From positions 448,001-512,000 of the forward strand of contig CAVVPN010000011.1 of NCBI GenBank assembly GCA_963750165.1: a stretch of DNA of 64,000 bases, in the 5' to 3' direction. The position numbers were made by a program, and so were the translations under genes. The notes beneath the pieces are model-generated. The model worked only from the letters and a program-made list of their open reading frames with translations. It did no database searches and was not told the DNA's origin. The first letter of the stretch is position 1. The number at the start of each line of letters is the position of its first letter. This document shows, piece by piece, positions 9,638 through 19,753 of the stretch. The stretch comes from an uncultured Gemmataceae bacterium. GTDB lineage: Bacteria > Planctomycetota > Planctomycetia > Gemmatales > Gemmataceae.

Positions 9638-10056
9638 ATGTGGCTGCTGCACGGAACGACGCGCGCCGGGCGGAGAGCATCGATCAACTCGGCCCCGATG
9701 TCAATTTCGTCGAGCCGGGAGGGGTAGGCATCGCGGAGAACTTCTCGTTCACCGTCGAGGGCACGCCGTCTGCTGTCGGTGATTCACTCACCTACGCCCG
9801 AGGTAAGGCGGCCGCCTTCTCGAACGAGCGCGGCCCGGCGGTCATCGCGGTCGATGTGCCTGAAGAGGTGGTACGGATCGCGGCGGTCGAACATCTCTCC
9901 CTGTTCGGGGGCCTGATCGAGTACGATGAAGGGGCGGACGTGGCCGAACTCGTCGCTCTCTGTGGCGGGGTCATCCAGTTCGACCCAGGGCCGGCGTTGG
10001 ACAGCCTGTTGGCTATGTGGGGAACTCTCGCGAAAGAGATCCGAGGTGTGCCGTGA
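9638..10056 (+). CDS. Hypothetical protein with N-terminal LLHGTT motif (possible ADP-ribosyltransferase fold), frameshift near 9667
   Basis: ATG 9638 gives MWLLHGTTRA, which joins RAESIDQLGPD in the ORF-track frame. Confidence 0.5.
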
Positions 10057-10529
10057 TCCCGTCCGGGACGGTCTATGATCGCTTGCAACGCGCCTTCAGG
10101 CCGACGCAACGCGGCGTCGTAGGGTTAACCGAGCAGTTGCTCGGGGCCTGCGTCGGAGGCGATGTTGAGTTCGAACGGGTTGGGGACCGGTGCGTTTATC
10201 GTTGGACCGAAGGTGGGCATACCCAAGAGGCCCCGGTGCCTTTCTCGCCTGCGGCCTTCCGGACAATCCTGGCCCGTGTCGCCACGCTGTGCAACGAGCG
10301 GTCCCCTGGGTCGGTCTCGCCTTACGGCGGTGAGGGTAAGCTGGTCGTCGGGACGGCTGAGGCTTTCGTGAAGTTCGTTAACACGGCTCACGCGCAGAAA
10401 TTGGAAGTGAAGAGCGATGCGAGCTCAAACCCCGTTCCTCAGCCGGAACCGGCCAAGGAGGGCACGGCGATTGCAGGCTCGAAACCGCCTAACGTTTCTC
10501 AGCAAATTGATCCCGCGAAATACGATTAA
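10053..10529 (+). CDS. Hypothetical protein, translationally coupled to the upstream gene
   Basis: GTGA start/stop overlap; the same frame continues past the TAA to about 10890. Confidence 0.65.
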   Translation: MIPSGTVYDRLQRAFRPTQRGVVGLTEQLLGACVGGDVEFERVGDRCVYRWTEGGHTQEAPVPFSPAAFRTILARVATLCNERSPGSVSPYGGEGKLVVGTAEAFVKFVNTAHAQKLEVKSDASSNPVPQPEPAKEGTAIAGSKPPNVSQQIDPAKYD

Positions 10530-10902
10530 TCTGACTCTGAACTTCAGATCCTCGGTTCGCTCTTGGACGCGATGCTGCGCGGAGGCCAGGCCTTGCTCCT
10601 GACTGAAGACATATTAGACCCCGACGAAAGCAGTATCGACCTGGAACAGTACGCCGACGCGCTTGAGATGGCCATTGGTGTCCGACCGCGACAACTCAAT
10701 GTCGCGGTCATTCGAAGGTTGATGGGTGCTGTGATCGACCATTGGATCAAGTTGAAGGTCTCCTTGGGCCTAATCGCTATTGATGACATGGGGATTGCAA
10801 TCCATCATGCGGCAGAAAATTTGCCAACGCCTATCCGTTCGGTAGAGAGGGGGCTGGCCAGAGGCCGAAGGACGCGGAGAAGGAGCCGGCGTAGCAAATC
10901 GC

Positions 10903-10999
10903 GCCGAACAAGGGCGCTGCAGCAGACCGGGGCCGCATTTCGGTCTTTCGTGACACAGTGTCCAGCCAGCGGCCCCGGCTGCTGAGCTGGTCGTTCGGT
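10903..10999 (+). other. attC site 3
   Basis: GCCGAAC...GTTCGGT; stem gctGcagcagAccggggccgc / gcggccccggctgctgagc. Confidence 0.9.
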
Positions 11000-11011
11000 G
11001 GCGCCGGAAGG

Positions 11012-11647
11012 ATGACGCGAATGGAGGCAGTGCGCGGCGACGAGTTCTTGCGGTGGGCGGTTGAGGTCGGCATCGGGTTCGACCCGCGCTACCCCGATGC
11101 CCGCTGCCTAAGCCTCCTGCCACCGAGCAGCCACGCGCGTTTCTGGGTGTTACCGCGCGACCCGGCGACGTGGCCTCTCTTCGTCACCTCGCTGCTGTTC
11201 GGGTTGGATGAGTGGGCCACCGGGCTACTGTGGCCGCGCTGCGGGGCCTGGCCCGACACCGGCCAGTCCCGATCGCTCAACGAGAGCGTGCGGGGGGTCG
11301 TGCTGCGCGGCGCGGGCATCCCAAGCGGCTGGGCCGGGGCGGTCCGGTTCCACCGGGATGAGGAGGACGTGCTCGCCACGGTGCTGTTCGCCTTCCTGAC
11401 GTTCAGCTGGAGCGTGGTCGATGACCTGTTCTTCATCCCCGACCACGGCCGACAGTTGGTCCAGACGGACCACCATGACGTGATCCACGCCGAGTGCGCG
11501 TCGGAAGGCCGGGTCCGGCAGTTGGTCGAGGTCATGGCCGAGGCGGGCTACGAGCTGCCCACCGAGCCACCGGACTGGACGTTCAAGCGTCCGGCCTGGA
11601 TGGTCAGCGCCAGTCCGGGCGAACCACCGTCCTCCGGTGGCGGATAA
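11012..11647 (+). CDS. Hypothetical protein (cassette 4)
   Basis: ATG about 13 nt after attC3; open frame of about 211 aa. Confidence 0.7.
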   Translation: MTRMEAVRGDEFLRWAVEVGIGFDPRYPDARCLSLLPPSSHARFWVLPRDPATWPLFVTSLLFGLDEWATGLLWPRCGAWPDTGQSRSLNESVRGVVLRGAGIPSGWAGAVRFHRDEEDVLATVLFAFLTFSWSVVDDLFFIPDHGRQLVQTDHHDVIHAECASEGRVRQLVEVMAEAGYELPTEPPDWTFKRPAWMVSASPGEPPSSGGG

Positions 11648-11862
11648 GTTGTGCCATACCGGCTGCTGTGGCCAGCCCTTGAGGTCACGAAGAAGACAAG
11701 AGGACGCAGCTCGAATCGGCTTCTGGACAGGGCGGGGAAACCGGGACGGGTGGGGATGGGGAAAGAGGGCCGAACCCGCCAGGAGGTGGCACTCATGTCC
11801 CCTCTCGCGCCGGCAGGGCGGTCGCCGTTCTGCAAGTAATTCGTGGGCTGGTTTCGGAATCC

Positions 11863-11914
11863 GACACGTGAAAAAGTTGGCATTCTTGGCATTCTTGGCA
11901 TCCTTGCTGTGACA
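11863..11914 (+). repeat. Dispersed TGAAAAAG(TTGGCNNNC)3TTGCTGTG element, copy 1
   Basis: Matches copies at 36253, 36360 and 50249. Confidence 0.85.
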
Positions 11915-12085
11915 GCCGGCGCAAACGTGTGTCCCGCCAGGACCCTTCCGGGTGACGCCGCCACCGCCTGCCAGCGCCGCGCCGGCGCTGATTGCAAGGA
12001 ATGTGCGCGGAGAAGATAAGAGGACGCTGCCAGGGGGCGACTCCAGCAGACGCCCTCAAATTAGGATCAGGCGGCAAAGAAACAG

Positions 12086-13012
12086 TCACTTCGCCGCCCG
12101 CTGCAGCACCACACGCCACGGCGGCTTCGCCTTGACCACCTGCCACGCCGCCGTCGCGGCGAAGTCCTTGTGCCGGCCCTCCGCTACCTTCGCATCCACC
12201 GCCCGCGCATGGATGTGCAAGCCGTAGCGCAACCGCAGCGGGTGGGCGCGCTCCAGCTGGTAGGCGTCACGCAGGCAGAACGCCGCGGACATCCAGCCGT
12301 CGTCGCGGACGTGCCAGGACGTGGGATACCGTGGGTTGCCCGGGTGGTCGAACCAGGTGACGCCCTCCACCGCCTTGTCCGTGATGGGGCCGCTGTAGTC
12401 GCACCAGCGCGCCGGCCGGCCGAAAATCGCCTTTTCGCCGGCGGCCCCCTCGCTGCTGGTCAGCCGACCGCCGCCGTAGTGGGCGCTCAGGCTCGCCGCC
12501 ACACGCAGCCCCAGGAAGCCGAAATTCGTTCGCGCCAGCTGCAGTTTCTCCAGCACCGGTGTGAACGTCGTCTGCAACTCCAGCCAGCCCTCGCCGCCAG
12601 TCAGCGGCCGGTAGACCGCGATCAATTCCTGCTGCAGCAGCCGTACCTTGTGGGCGTCCCACCAGCCGAGACGCACAACCATGCCCGCCTCGTCGGCGCC
12701 GTCCTGGTAGTGGACCCACGCCTCCTGGCGGACCTGCTGACTGCCGCCGCGCTCCTCCCAGAAGTTGACGCCGGCAACGTTTTGATGGCCCCACCACAGC
12801 GACCGATGATGATCGTGGTCCGGCGCCGCCGGGTGGCCCATGCGCGTCAGTGACCGGCCGCTCGGGCCAAGCAACGGGAAGAAGAACGGCCGCGGCGCCC
12901 GGCTGCTGTGGTTCCAGCGCAGCCGCTCCTGGCCGTCCACCTGAAACGACACCTGCTCGTCCGCCTGCGGCACCACCTGCACCCGCGGCAAACGGTAACC
13001 CTGGGCTGCCAT
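12086..13012 (-). CDS. PmoA-family/DUF6807-like protein
   Basis: RPFFFPL, DHDHHRSLWWGH, FGFLGLRVA, DHPGNPRYPTSWHVRDDG. Confidence 0.7.
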   Translation of the reverse strand: MAAQGYRLPRVQVVPQADEQVSFQVDGQERLRWNHSSRAPRPFFFPLLGPSGRSLTRMGHPAAPDHDHHRSLWWGHQNVAGVNFWEERGGSQQVRQEAWVHYQDGADEAGMVVRLGWWDAHKVRLLQQELIAVYRPLTGGEGWLELQTTFTPVLEKLQLARTNFGFLGLRVAASLSAHYGGGRLTSSEGAAGEKAIFGRPARWCDYSGPITDKAVEGVTWFDHPGNPRYPTSWHVRDDGWMSAAFCLRDAYQLERAHPLRLRYGLHIHARAVDAKVAEGRHKDFAATAAWQVVKAKPPWRVVLQRAAK

Positions 13013-13045
13013 GAGACCTCCCGGTTGAAAAAAAGGCGAAGGCAG

Positions 13046-13135
13046 TTTTTTTACGCCGAAGCCGTTGTATCTCAAAGCCTGGGGTTGCGGCAGCGCACCC
13101 CAGGCTTTGAGATACAACGCTTCGGCTTAAAAAAA
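13046..13135. repeat. Long REP-like hairpin
   Basis: cgttgtatctcaaagcctgggg ... ccccaggctttgagatacaacg with T/A-tract ends. Confidence 0.85.
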
Positions 13136-13169
13136 GAGACCAGGCAATCCAGTCAGCGTGCGGCCCCGG

Positions 13170-13548
13170 CTGATTTGCCGACGCTGCCCGATTATGAGAT
13201 CCTGGGCACGCTGGGCCGCGGCGGCATGGGCGTGGTTTACAAGGCCCGGCAGAAGGGTCTGAACCGCCTCGTGGCCCTGAAGATGATCCTGGCCAGGGAG
13301 CACGCCGGGCCGGCGCAGGTGGCCCGCTTCCGCGTTGAGGCCGAAGCCATCGCCAAACTGCAACACCCGAATATCGTCCAGATTTATGAAATCGGCGAGG
13401 CCGGTGGCCACCCATTCTTTTCCCTGGAATACGTGGACGGCGGCACCCTGTCCCGGCAATTCAACGGCACCCCCCAGCCCCCGCCGCCACGCCGCCGAAC
13501 TGATCCGCACCCTGGCAAACGCCCTCCAGGCCGCCCATCAGGCCAACA
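13170..13548 (+). pseudogene. Ser/Thr protein kinase fragment
   Basis: LGRGGMGVVYKA, VALKMI, HPNIVQIYE present; no clear start; ends before the HRD motif. Confidence 0.8.
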
Positions 13549-13837
13549 ATGAAACCTCGCGATTGCCCCGGAACATGCCCCTCGACGGCCATCTCGGCAT
13601 TCAAATTGCAGATCAGAAAGCAAATTGCAGATCAGAAAGAATGAGAGGCCCAGGTGATGCTTCCTCCTGGCTGGCTCCCACCGGTCATCGACCTACGGCA
13701 TCTCGGCTGGCTTACGATTTCGCCATCCCTGGCTGGTCAAGAGCGAAGAAGGTTTCACATCCCTGGGGATCGCCCGACGAACGAAGAAAGGCTGCCGACG
13801 GTGACATCCGCGCGGCAGATGGAGCCTAGAGATCAGC

Positions 13838-14077
13838 ATGAACGATCAATTCGAGAAAGACACGGCGACGTGCGAGCGTCTGGCCCACATCGAAGAGCGC
13901 GTCCGGCGGCGACTGATCCTGCTCGTGCGCGACTTCCAACTCGACATTCGCGATAACGGGCTTGTCCTGCACGGCCAGGCGCGCAGTTACTACGCGAAGC
14001 AACTGGCCCAGCAGGCGGTCATGGAGGCCGCGGAACTGCCCATCCGCGCCAACGAGATCGAAGTGTGCAGAGGGTAG
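13838..14077 (+). CDS. Small BON-like protein
   Basis: LVLHGQARSYYAKQLAQ...NEIEV. Confidence 0.6.
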   Translation: MNDQFEKDTATCERLAHIEERVRRRLILLVRDFQLDIRDNGLVLHGQARSYYAKQLAQQAVMEAAELPIRANEIEVCRG

Positions 14078-14142
14078 CGCACGGGCCGGCGACTGGGAAA
14101 AAGCACCCTTGAGTACCTCTTTCAAGTGAAAGGAGAAGGTCC

Positions 14143-14931
14143 ATGAGAAAGGCACTGTTCACGCTCGCGTTCCTGGCCCTGGGAGTCAACGGCGCTGCGG
14201 CGCAAGGAAACAAACTTCCCACGAAAAAGCAAGCCCCTGCCAGCACGCACCAGGCAGGGCAGAAGCAGGCTTACCTGGGCGTGGGCGTCGAGGCGCTCCC
14301 GGCCGCGCTGTCGAGTCAGATGTCCATCATCCCCAGGGGAGAAGGAGTGCTGGTCGAGCAGGTGGCCAAGGATTCGCCGGCCGCAAAAGCGGGCCTGCAA
14401 CCCCATGACATCCTGCTGAACTACGGCGGCAAGAAGCTCCACTCCCCCGAAGAGTTGGTAAAGCTGGTGCGCGCCGACAAGTCCGGCCAGGCAGTCGCCC
14501 TGAGCTACGTTCGCGGCGGTAAGCTGGCGACCTGCAAGGTCACCCTGGCGGAGCGCGAGACGCCCCCCGTGCCGGAACACGTGCGCGTGTTCCGCCTCCG
14601 GCCAGATGAACGGCTGCGGGAGGTGTTCGAGGAGTTCGAGTCCAAAAATGGCAAAACGATGTGGGAATCCTTCGACGCCATGAAACTGGCCCGCATCGAT
14701 GACCAGCACTGGCGTGCGGAGATTGACTACCGTTCCAGCGGCGGAAAAAAGGAGCACAAGGCCTTTGAAGGAACGCGCGACGAGATCCGCAAGGCCATCC
14801 GGGCCGAGAAGGATCTGCCGGCCAACGAGCGCACCCACCTGCTCCGGGCCCTGAACCTGGACGAGCCGGTGTTCCACTTTCATTTTCCGTCCTTTGACAA
14901 CATGAGGAAGGATTTTTGGGACCAACCCTGA
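14143..14931 (+). CDS. Secreted PDZ-domain protein
   Basis: Signal peptide; AYLGV, VAKDSPAAKAGLQPHDIL. Confidence 0.8.
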   Translation: MRKALFTLAFLALGVNGAAAQGNKLPTKKQAPASTHQAGQKQAYLGVGVEALPAALSSQMSIIPRGEGVLVEQVAKDSPAAKAGLQPHDILLNYGGKKLHSPEELVKLVRADKSGQAVALSYVRGGKLATCKVTLAERETPPVPEHVRVFRLRPDERLREVFEEFESKNGKTMWESFDAMKLARIDDQHWRAEIDYRSSGGKKEHKAFEGTRDEIRKAIRAEKDLPANERTHLLRALNLDEPVFHFHFPSFDNMRKDFWDQP

Positions 14932-15087
14932 ACGGAGCCGGTCAGCCCGGAATCGACACCGAGCCGAACGGGAAGGGGCGATCTGATAGCGAAGCGGTGC
15001 GCGGCAGCCGTCGGCCCTGGACGTTTTGGACCGACGGCTGGCCGCCAGCCTACCGACCCGCCAGAGATTTTGGAGATCTGAGGCCCG

Positions 15088-16053
15088 ATGAGTGACGAGC
15101 GCCGGGAAGTTGTGTATCGTTCCTTGATGGTGCCGCTGGACGGCTCTACCTTTGCGGAGTACGCTCTGTCAATCGCGCTGGGCATCGCTCGACGCAGCGG
15201 CGCCAGCGTGCAAGTGGTGACGGTAGCTCCACACCCTGCATTGTTCTCCGGCCGATCAACCGCAGAGCTGGTTAGCACCTGGCACGACTATTTGCACGGT
15301 GTTGTCGAGCGCGCACAGAGTGTGGCCGGGCCGGGCGTCAGCCTGAGCAGCCAGGTTCTGCAAGACACGGATGTCGCGGCCACCCTCTGTGCGCACACCA
15401 GGGACGCCGCCATCGATCTCGTCGTCATGAGTACCCACGGTCGCGGGACTCTGGGACGCTTCTGGTTCGGGAGTGTTGCCTACAAGGTTCTCCATCGTTG
15501 TTCGGTGCCGATCCTGTACGTAAAGCCTGGCACCAGCGTCGCCGAGCAGCCGCAGGAACTCGCCCTGCAACACCTGCTCGTAATGCTGGACGGCACCCCG
15601 CAGGCCGAGCGCGTGCTCACACCGGCTCTCGCCTTCGGCGCCCTGATGGGCGCCGACTATTCCCTGTTGCGTGTCGTCCCGGATGTCGCTTACGGCGGCA
15701 GCCCGGAACTCGATTCAAACAGCCTCTGCTCAGCGACGCTGGAACTGCTCGATGAGATCCATTCCGTCCAGGAGCGACTGCGGAAAGAGGCCCAGGATTA
15801 TCTCGACGGCGTTGCCGTTCGACTGCGCTCCCGAGGACTGCAAGTCCAGGCCCAGGTGATGGTGGACAGAGATCTTGGAACCGCCATCCTGGACGCGCTC
15901 GCGGCAACGGGCATCGACCTGGTGGCTCTGGAGACGCACGGTCTCCCCGACCCGACCGGCCACCTGGGGAACGTGGCACGCAAGGTGATCCACGGCACGA
16001 GCAAACCGGTGTTCGTGCATTCGGTCGGGGCAGAGCGGTCGAACAACCCCTGA
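15088..16053 (+). CDS. Universal stress protein, two Usp domains
   Basis: LMVPLDGS, DLVVMSTHGRG...GSVA, second LVMLDGT unit. Confidence 0.9.
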   Translation: MSDERREVVYRSLMVPLDGSTFAEYALSIALGIARRSGASVQVVTVAPHPALFSGRSTAELVSTWHDYLHGVVERAQSVAGPGVSLSSQVLQDTDVAATLCAHTRDAAIDLVVMSTHGRGTLGRFWFGSVAYKVLHRCSVPILYVKPGTSVAEQPQELALQHLLVMLDGTPQAERVLTPALAFGALMGADYSLLRVVPDVAYGGSPELDSNSLCSATLELLDEIHSVQERLRKEAQDYLDGVAVRLRSRGLQVQAQVMVDRDLGTAILDALAATGIDLVALETHGLPDPTGHLGNVARKVIHGTSKPVFVHSVGAERSNNP

Positions 16054-16306
16054 AATTTGCTATGCTTTCCAACGAACGGACCCCAACCGTCCTGGATGTA
16101 CTCACCGTGGTGGTCAATCAAGGTGTTGTTGATGGGGATGATACCGTGCTCACTGTAGCGCATCGGGGGTTCCTGTTGGAGGGAGTCAAGGCTATGCTGA
16201 CCACGGCGTGCCGGACTCGCCGGCCGCCAACACGGGCACGGGAGTCGGCCCAGCCAGCCTGGGATAAAATGGGCAAGTCCATGAGGTTTGTCAGCGAGGA
16301 AGTGCC

Positions 16307-17227
16307 GTGGGTGATGTCATCGGTGTCGGCCGGCCGGGAGAGGAAGGGGGCGAGGTGCCGGAGCCCCTGCGGCTCCTGGCAAACGCTCTGGGGCGTGCCG
16401 ACACGGTCGAGCAGGTGTCCGAGGCCCTGGTGAACCACGGGCTGCCGGCTCTGGGGGGCTGCGTGGCCGTGCTCGCCCTGCTGAACGAAGACGGCTCCCA
16501 GTTCTACTGCCCGCGGATCGTCGGCTACCCCCAGGAGGTGGCCGACGCCTGGCGGCGATTCTCCGCCGACGCCCCCGTGCCCATCGCCGTGGCGGTGCGG
16601 CAGGGCGGGCCGGTCCTGCTGGAGACCCTGGAGCGGCGGGTGGCCTTCTACCCACCGGGCTACCCCCTGCCGGAGCCTCGTGTCGGCCGTGCGCTCGCCG
16701 CGGTGCCGATGCGGTGGGGCGAGATCGTCGGCGGCCTGGGCTTCACCTTCCCCGATGACCGGGCCTTCGACGCAGGGGAGCAGGCGGCCTTGCTGGCTGT
16801 GGCGGGACTGTGTGCGATGGCCCTGGGCCGGGTGCGGCGTGGTGGGCTGGGCCTGGAGGTGCTGGTGGTGGAGGACGAGTCGGCCGTGCTGGCCATGCTG
16901 GATTTCGCCCTGAAGTGCCACGGCTTCGCGGTGCGGCGGGCAACCGGCGGCGAGGCAGCGGTGCGCTTCTACCAGCGGCACCGGGGCACGGTGGACGTGG
17001 TCCTGCTGGACGTGCAGATGCCCGGCATGGACGGGCTACAAACGCTGTCCGCCCTCTGTGAGATCGACCCGGGCGTCCGTTGCGTGTTCATGACCGGGCA
17101 CGCCGGGCGGTACACGACCGAGGAACTGCTGGAGGCGGGGGCCGCCTGTGTCCTCGCCAAGCCGTTCGCCAGCCTGGAGGGCCTCGTCCAGACCCTCCGG
17201 GAGGTCACTGGCGGCGGGGGCGGGTAG
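16307..17227 (+). CDS. GAF plus receiver domain protein
   Basis: GAF-like N-terminus; VLVVEDE, LLDVQMPGMDG, AKPF. Confidence 0.8.
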   Translation: MGDVIGVGRPGEEGGEVPEPLRLLANALGRADTVEQVSEALVNHGLPALGGCVAVLALLNEDGSQFYCPRIVGYPQEVADAWRRFSADAPVPIAVAVRQGGPVLLETLERRVAFYPPGYPLPEPRVGRALAAVPMRWGEIVGGLGFTFPDDRAFDAGEQAALLAVAGLCAMALGRVRRGGLGLEVLVVEDESAVLAMLDFALKCHGFAVRRATGGEAAVRFYQRHRGTVDVVLLDVQMPGMDGLQTLSALCEIDPGVRCVFMTGHAGRYTTEELLEAGAACVLAKPFASLEGLVQTLREVTGGGGG

Positions 17228-17386
17228 GGGCTCGATTCCCTCCCCGTCGTCCCGCCCGGGCTCCTCGTTGCGGGGCGGCCAGTTCCTGTCCAGGCCCTCC
17301 TGCCTTGACAGGCCGCTCGCGCCGCCGCAAACTGGACAGTGGCCCTCCGTGATCGACGAGCGAACGCTGCGAGACCCGAACCTTTC

Positions 17387-18256
17387 ATGCTCACCAAGCG
17401 CATCATCCCGTGTCTGGACGTGGACCGCGGTCGCGTGGTCAAGGGTGTCAACTTCGTGAACCTGCGTGACGCTGGCGACCCCGTGGAGGTTGTGCGCCGT
17501 TACGAGGAGCAGGGGGCCGACGAACTGGTGTTCCTCGACATCAGCGCCAGCCACGAGGGTCGGCAAATTATGCTCGACGTGGTGCGCCGCGTCTCCGAGG
17601 AGATTTTCATGCCGTTCACCGTCGGCGGCGGTATTCGCACGCTGGAGGACGCCATCCGGCTCATCCAGGCCGGCGCCGAGAAGGTCAGCATCAACTCCGC
17701 CGCGGTCAAGACGCCTGAATTAATCCGTGAAGTGTCCGGCAAGTTCGGCCGCTGCGCCACGGTGGTCAACATCGACCCGCGCCGCGTCCGAAGTCAGAAG
17801 TCAGAGGACAGAAGTCAGAAGTCAGAAGTCAGGGAGGCAGGTCGTTTTGGTTCTACTCTGACTTCTGACTTCTGTCCTCTGACTTCTGACGAATGGTGGG
17901 AAGTCCACATCAACGGCGGCCGGGTGCCGACCGGACTGGAGGCGGTGGCCTGGGCGCGGCGCGTCGAGGCACTCGGCGCCGGCGAGATCGTGCTGACCTC
18001 GATGGACGCCGACGGCACCAAGGCGGGCTACGATCTGGCCATGACGCGGGCCGTCGCCGAGGCCGTGTCGATCCCGGTGGTCGCCAGTGGCGGCGCCGGC
18101 AGTGCCGAGCATTTGTTTCAGGTGCTCACCGCGGGCAAGGCGGACGCGGCGCTGGCGGCGAGCATTTTTCACTACAATGAGACCAGTATCGCCCAGACGA
18201 AAGCCTACCTGGCCGCGCGCGGCGTGCCGGTGCGGCTGCTCGAACCGGCCGCGTAG
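17387..18256 (+). CDS. hisF: Imidazole glycerol phosphate synthase subunit HisF with in-frame insertion
   Basis: [45 protein letters not shown]. Confidence 0.97.
   Translation: MLTKRIIPCLDVDRGRVVKGVNFVNLRDAGDPVEVVRRYEEQGADELVFLDISASHEGRQIMLDVVRRVSEEIFMPFTVGGGIRTLEDAIRLIQAGAEKVSINSAAVKTPELIREVSGKFGRCATVVNIDPRRVRSQKSEDRSQKSEVREAGRFGSTLTSDFCPLTSDEWWEVHINGGRVPTGLEAVAWARRVEALGAGEIVLTSMDADGTKAGYDLAMTRAVAEAVSIPVVASGGAGSAEHLFQVLTAGKADAALAASIFHYNETSIAQTKAYLAARGVPVRLLEPAA
17786..17890. repeat. GTCAGAA heptamer hairpin inside hisF
   Basis: 17793-17826 is the perfect reverse complement of 17857-17890. Confidence 0.92.
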
Positions 18257-18290
18257 ATTCCTTTGACCCATCTCCACAGAGGTTTTCCTC

Positions 18291-19652
18291 ATGGCGACCG
18301 CCGACGTTACGCCGAACAAAACCGACGACACCCCGCCGCCCGCCAAGGACGAGGCCCGCATGGCCGCCGAGGCTCGGGCCCGCGCCGCCGCCGTCGCGGC
18401 GAAAAAGGAGCGAGACGCCCGCGCCGCCGCCGCCGCCGAAAAGGCCGAGAAGCACGAGAAAGTCGAGGCCGCCGAGAAGAAGGACGACGGCGACGGCAAG
18501 AAGGACGGCGCCGCCGAGGTTGCGGTGAAAAAGGACGCCCCGCGCCCCGCGGCAGAGCCGCGCAAGGAGCCGGAGGTCAACAAACTCTTCCGCAAGGTCA
18601 TGGAACTGGAAGCGTCCGACCTGCACCTGAAGGTCGGCCAACCGCCGATGGTGCGCATGCGCGGCGACATCAAGCGCCTGGAGATGCGGCCGCTGACGCA
18701 GGAGGACATGGAGCGGCTGCTGTTGACGCAGCTGAGCCCCAAGCACCGCAAGATCCTCGACGAGGAAGGCGGCGTGGACTTTTCCTATGTCATCGGCCAG
18801 GACGAGTGCCGCTTCCGCGTCAGTTTGTTCAAGCAGCGCGGCCGGCTGTCGCTGGTGTCCCGGCGCGTCAACAACGTCATCCCTAACTTCAAGGACCTGG
18901 GACTGCCCGAGACCATCGAGAAGTTGTGCAACTTCTCCGAAGGGTTGGTGATCCTGGCGGGCGTGACCGGTAGCGGTAAGAGCACGACCATCGCGTCCAT
19001 GATCGACTATGTGAACTCCCGCGAGGCGCTGCACATCCTGACGGTCGAGGACCCGATCGAGTTCACGTTCACGGACAAGATGTCGTACATCAATCAGCGC
19101 GAGATCGGCCTGGACAGCAAGGACTGGCACAAGGCGCTCAAGGACGCAGTGCGGCAGGATCCCGACGTGATCCTCGTCGGCGAGTTGCGCGACATCGAGA
19201 CGTTTGAGGCGGCGGTCCACGCGGCCGAAACGGGCCACCTGGTGTTCGGCACCATCCACGCCTCCAGCGCGGCGACAACGATCAACCGTATCATGGACCT
19301 GTTCCCGCCGGAGAAGCACCCGGCCATCCGTCAGGCGCTGGCGAACAACCTCAAGGCGGTGGTGGCCCAGAAGCTCATCAAGGGCATCAAGAAGGGCCGC
19401 GTACCGACCAACGAGATCATGATCGTCAACCCAATCGTGCGCAAGCTGATCGGCCAGGCGAACGACAGCAAGATCCCCGACGCGATCCGCATGTGCTTCG
19501 AGGAAGGCATGGTGGACTTCACGGAGAATCTGCGGCAGCTGGTGGATCGCGGCGACGTGACCAAGGAGGTGGCCCTGGAGGTGGCGCCGAACCCGGACCA
19601 GCTCAAGATGGTGCTCAAGGGCATCAAGGTGGCGGCGCCGGGCATTCTGTAG
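18291..19652 (+). CDS. pilT: PilT/PilU family type IV pilus ATPase
   Basis: ASDLHL, GVTGSGKST, TVEDPIE, RQDPDVILVGELRD, GHLVFGTIH. Confidence 0.9.
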   Translation: MATADVTPNKTDDTPPPAKDEARMAAEARARAAAVAAKKERDARAAAAAEKAEKHEKVEAAEKKDDGDGKKDGAAEVAVKKDAPRPAAEPRKEPEVNKLFRKVMELEASDLHLKVGQPPMVRMRGDIKRLEMRPLTQEDMERLLLTQLSPKHRKILDEEGGVDFSYVIGQDECRFRVSLFKQRGRLSLVSRRVNNVIPNFKDLGLPETIEKLCNFSEGLVILAGVTGSGKSTTIASMIDYVNSREALHILTVEDPIEFTFTDKMSYINQREIGLDSKDWHKALKDAVRQDPDVILVGELRDIETFEAAVHAAETGHLVFGTIHASSAATTINRIMDLFPPEKHPAIRQALANNLKAVVAQKLIKGIKKGRVPTNEIMIVNPIVRKLIGQANDSKIPDAIRMCFEEGMVDFTENLRQLVDRGDVTKEVALEVAPNPDQLKMVLKGIKVAAPGIL

Positions 19653-19753
19653 TCGCTCGGGCGGGTTGAAATCAATCCCTGGAGCGAGCCGGCGCCCGCG
19701 GGCGCCGGGTCGCTCCTTGAAGGGAGCGCGGGGAGCAGTTTCAGGAGCAATCC

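Noticed and set aside
7379..11000. CRISPR array
   Set aside because: Repeats are separated by whole genes and have attC structure; no cas genes and no regular spacers anywhere in the window
11769..11833. Fourth attC (gccgaac...gttctgc)
   Set aside because: The inner stem and unpaired-base pattern are missing; at best a degenerate remnant
12086..13012. Methane monooxygenase function
   Set aside because: The PmoA family name is misleading; this is a soluble protein with no pmoCAB context
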